From Bugula neritina (Eukaryota > Animalia > Bryozoa), in assembly GCA_964035545.1 (NCBI GenBank), contig OZ037767.1:2987680-3051679 (forward strand): DNA of 64,000 bases, written 5' to 3'. Position 1 is the stretch's first letter, and the number at the start of each line of letters is the position of its first letter. Positions 60,348-64,000 of the stretch are shown in pieces. Made by a program: the position numbers and the translations under genes. Below the pieces are notes generated by a model. That model saw only the letters and a program-made list of their open reading frames with translations, did not search any database and had not been told where the DNA came from.

Positions 60348-63070
60348 TCATCCAATAGAGCGATGTGAGCTTTCAGCTAATGGTGACAGCTTTTTGAGAG
60401 GCCTACTTAAGGCGTTCTGATTATAGCCTTCTGTCCATATCACATTAGACTTGCTTAGCAGCCTCTGCCTGAATGGAGACATGTAATCTTGTAAGGTACG
60501 AAAAGACCGTGACGGTATGTGACCAATATTGTCCCATGAACCAACCTGCAACACATGCACAACATAGAAGACAACTCCCAATAATGTTTGCTGAAATTCC
60601 AAAGCCACTCATAAAATGAATATTCAGCTATTTCATAAAACAAGCCACGATTTTTATGTACAATTGTGCTTGATTCTGATTTTGAAAATCTATTGTTGTG
60701 AGTTTTTCCAGAAAAGATTCACAAAATAATATAATAAAAAGAAAATAAAAATAAACAGAAAGCTTCTGTTGTTTGAAGGATGTGAAATCACGGAAAAGTA
60801 TGTCAGGAATCTTAATCTCAACTATTTTTAGCGATTTTCAAGCTGAAATCAGATTAATTCAAAAAGCTTAGTGACTGTGATAATATTTAATATCTTTATC
60901 TCTTATGTGTTTACTCATTACATAACTTGTACCTTGGCCTGTGAGGACCATTTGAGGGTCTGATGAAAGACCGGGCTGGTGCTGCCGTGAGAAGGCTGGT
61001 AGTCAATGTTGTCTAGGCTGCCCACCTTACTCCTGGCTTTCCAATTTACCTGAAACAATTATTCATCAAAGTACCATAGCATTATGGCTACTTCATGAAT
61101 GCCACGGCTTTTATATTTTTTACTAAATGTACACAATTGGTAATTTTTATGAAAATGATTTATTTTTAGAAATATAACTTAGGCCTACTACTAAAATTTT
61201 AAGCACCAGTCAATTGCCATTTCTTAATACTTTCTATTTACCAAGTAACCGCAACTATAAATGAAAAGACTAAATACATATACTAAATAATTTCTTTCAT
61301 GGATATTTTTTTTTTATCTTTGAAATTTTTTTTTCTAAAATGTCAAACATTGGCTGTAATCAATGTAATTTATTTTTTTGGTGTGTAGATGTGATTGAAA
61401 AAGACAAAAAAAATTTCGCTGCAAAGTATATATCTAATTTCAGATACAAAAAACTGTATTATAACTTCTTATAACACAGTATACACGCGCGCACGCAAAC
61501 ACACACACAGCTATACATATGATTGAAGTGCATTGCATGTGTTTTCAAAATGTACAATTTCAAAGCTTCGTGTGATATGTTGGCTTAAAACTTGTGAATG
61601 TAACTTTAAATCTTACAATCAAATGTAGGGTAAGGAGTCATCTGCTCTACAAGCAGGATACAACCTTTTCTAAATACAAACTCATAAATTACAAGCTAAA
61701 GATAAGTAACAACCTAAATCTACACTGACTGCCTTACTAGCCTCTGGATTATGGGGACACTTACAGTATGGTTTGGGATTTTCCTGCTCCCACCCCTAGC
61801 TATGTGTAGCTTATTGTCCAGAGAACCAACTTTTGACTTGACTGTTTTGATGTTGACAGGTTTATGAATGATCTTAACCTTTCCTCCCCCTGGCACATGA
61901 TGGGCGTTGTCCAATGACCCCACCTAAAATACACATACTAATTCTATAATTAGAGCTACTAATCGCTGTTTATGACCTGGAGTTCATCTGTATAAATTTA
62001 TATTTATTAAGCTTTTTCAAATTTTATATCAAAGTGTCTAATCCTATTGATGAATGCTCTGCAGTCACGTTTTATAGACACCTGCGCCTGCTTGTGATAA
62101 TAAACTTTGTTTAATGTATTTAGGAAGGAGTTAGCTTCTCCTTACTTTGACATTTGTAAAACACTAGTAATATTTGTGAGTTGAAAACAGAATTAGACTG
62201 AAAGTAGAATGAGTTCAATTAGGAGTCGTCAACTCTTGAAATACTGTGCATGCAAAGCATAACTTTTAAAAGAGCATAAACCAAGACAATAGAGAACAAT
62301 TCCATAAAAATGCACACCGATGTAGATTCACAGCATCTCCTTATAATAGAATATGTTTGAATCTATACTTATAAATCTTACCTTAAATAACAATAATGGT
62401 GGACATATGGATTTTATCTCATCACAAATAACTTAGTAACTTAAAACTAAAACCCACCTTAGAATGAGGTTCAAATCTTTCACTTCTTAAAAGAATCTCT
62501 TTCCCTCCATCTTTCTCATACTTTCTAAAGTATGTGATATCAGCACCAGTTCTTCTGAAGACATCGGTGTACTTTGACATCTCTGTTGATTGTGGGGATA
62601 TATTGCCGCTATACTCATAGTCTAAATAACACACAGCACGCAAGAAAATAATTATTAATTACCTATTATAAATATACAAAACAAAAGAAATTACTACATT
62701 GCTATAAAGAAATACAGTTGTAAACCATGTCATTGAGCTACACTGACCGATTTAACAACCCATATAGTAATGTCAATACATAAGGACTTTGTGGGTGAAC
62801 TAAAGTTGAAGGATTCTTAGTTTTATTTTCATGTACAACTACTTTAAAGGTCTATTTCCCACTCAAGTTCTTTCACAAATCTCTGACTGATCAGTTATAG
62901 CTCTATGTAGTTATTACATAGTAGATGCTTTTAGCTTGTGGGTCAAGGCCAAGAGCTGATCAAATTTTTTATCATTAGATTATTTTGCAGTTTCGAAGTA
63001 AATTTTTGAAATTAATGAAATCCATTTTGATGTTCACAGAACAAAGTAAATTTGATGACAATCATAGGAT

Positions 63071-63105
<35 letters not shown>

Positions 63106-63114
63106 CACACATAT

Positions 63115-63174
<60 letters not shown>

Positions 63175-63824
63175 TCTCATATATGCACGTGTATATGGTA
63201 GCATCCCCTATAGGTACTATATGACAATATAGATAACTTAGGGTGTAATACCTATATTATAAACTTATAGTGCATATAATTTATTTCAGAGAAAGCAACA
63301 TATTACGATCAGTGTAATATAGTATGATCTCTCAGGTATATGAAATTAGTAGAACAGCATGTAATTTGTTAGAGATTGTATTTTACAGGGCCTAATTTGT
63401 ACATTAAGACTTTCGATCTTAATCTAATGATTGAAAGAGTTTGTTAGTTAGGTAAATACACTATGAATTATGTCAGTACTTAGAGCACAAGCCTGTTATG
63501 TCACAAAATATGTACAACCCAAACAGGTAATTACAGCATAAGAAGTTTTCTGCTCCTGTCCCAATACATTAATATATATAAGAATAATTTCGGTCAATTG
63601 AAACTAGCATGTGATGTGATGGGAAGGGGGGGGGGAGTTATGCCTACCTGGGCTATTACAATGGATCTGTGGTAAGACGGTGTATCTCTGACCTATTGGA
63701 GTTATCATATCTACTGCACCGTCAGATAACGAAGTGTCATACAGCTCGTGGATTCTCTGAGAGTACTTCCTGTTATCTTGGTAGAGACGTCGTCGTAGAG
63801 ATTCACAATTGTGTACCGTAAACC
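60348..63824 (-). CDS. Tau/MAP2/MAP4-family microtubule-associated protein, 3' part (5' end probably beyond the window), four tubulin-binding repeats
   Basis: Exons 63824-63648, 62621-62458, 61923-61765, 61049-60933, 60545-60348 splice in phase. Repeats [48 protein letters not shown] and [16 protein letters not shown] match the tau repeat consensus SK+GS.DN..H.PGGG. Confidence 0.85.
63070..63172. repeat. Compound (CA)n-(TA)n microsatellite
   Basis: Directly visible. Confidence 0.95.
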
Positions 63825-64000
63825 CTGCAACAGATATTACCAACAGTTAATTGATTATTACTTGATAAATTATCGGTTTGTGTTTGTGTCTGGTTGCAAG
63901 ATATGCTTTAACTACTAGCCAACTTGGCAACAGGTTTTCGAGTTTATTAACTGTCAAATCGTACCCTATAAAATGGGAAACATTAGAAATTGTATAAATA

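Overview
AT-rich, intron-rich eukaryotic DNA from an invertebrate animal. The gene set and intron style suggest a protostome or lophotrochozoan, but the species cannot be fixed from the sequence. Splicing exons by hand (GT-AG boundaries, phase checked) gives eight protein-coding genes: PQBP1 (-), SMIM12 (+), an LRRC74-like LRR protein with a C-terminal EF-hand pair (+), glycoprotein hormone alpha-2 GPA2 (-), a membrane-anchored RMDN2/3-like TPR protein (-), dynactin p27 DCTN6 (+), an Expanded/FRMD6-like FERM protein of the Hippo pathway (-), and the 3' part of a tau/MAP2-like protein with four microtubule-binding repeats (-). PQBP1/SMIM12 and RMDN/DCTN6 are head-to-head pairs. Introns carry many minisatellites, a ~1.05-kb TIR element, MITE-like fragments, tRNA-derived SINE relics and a perfect 95-bp-arm palindrome. 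Most notable observations: a dense TEAD/Scalloped (CATTCC) motif cluster at the PPxY-bearing expanded gene, a Cys/His insertion in its FERM domain, a minisatellite that tandemly duplicates an RMDN splice donor in frame, the intronic palindrome, and GPA2 without a recognisable GPB5 partner in the window. Most short ORFs in the supplied track are exon fragments or repeat artefacts. Family assignments come from recalled motifs; no database search was run.
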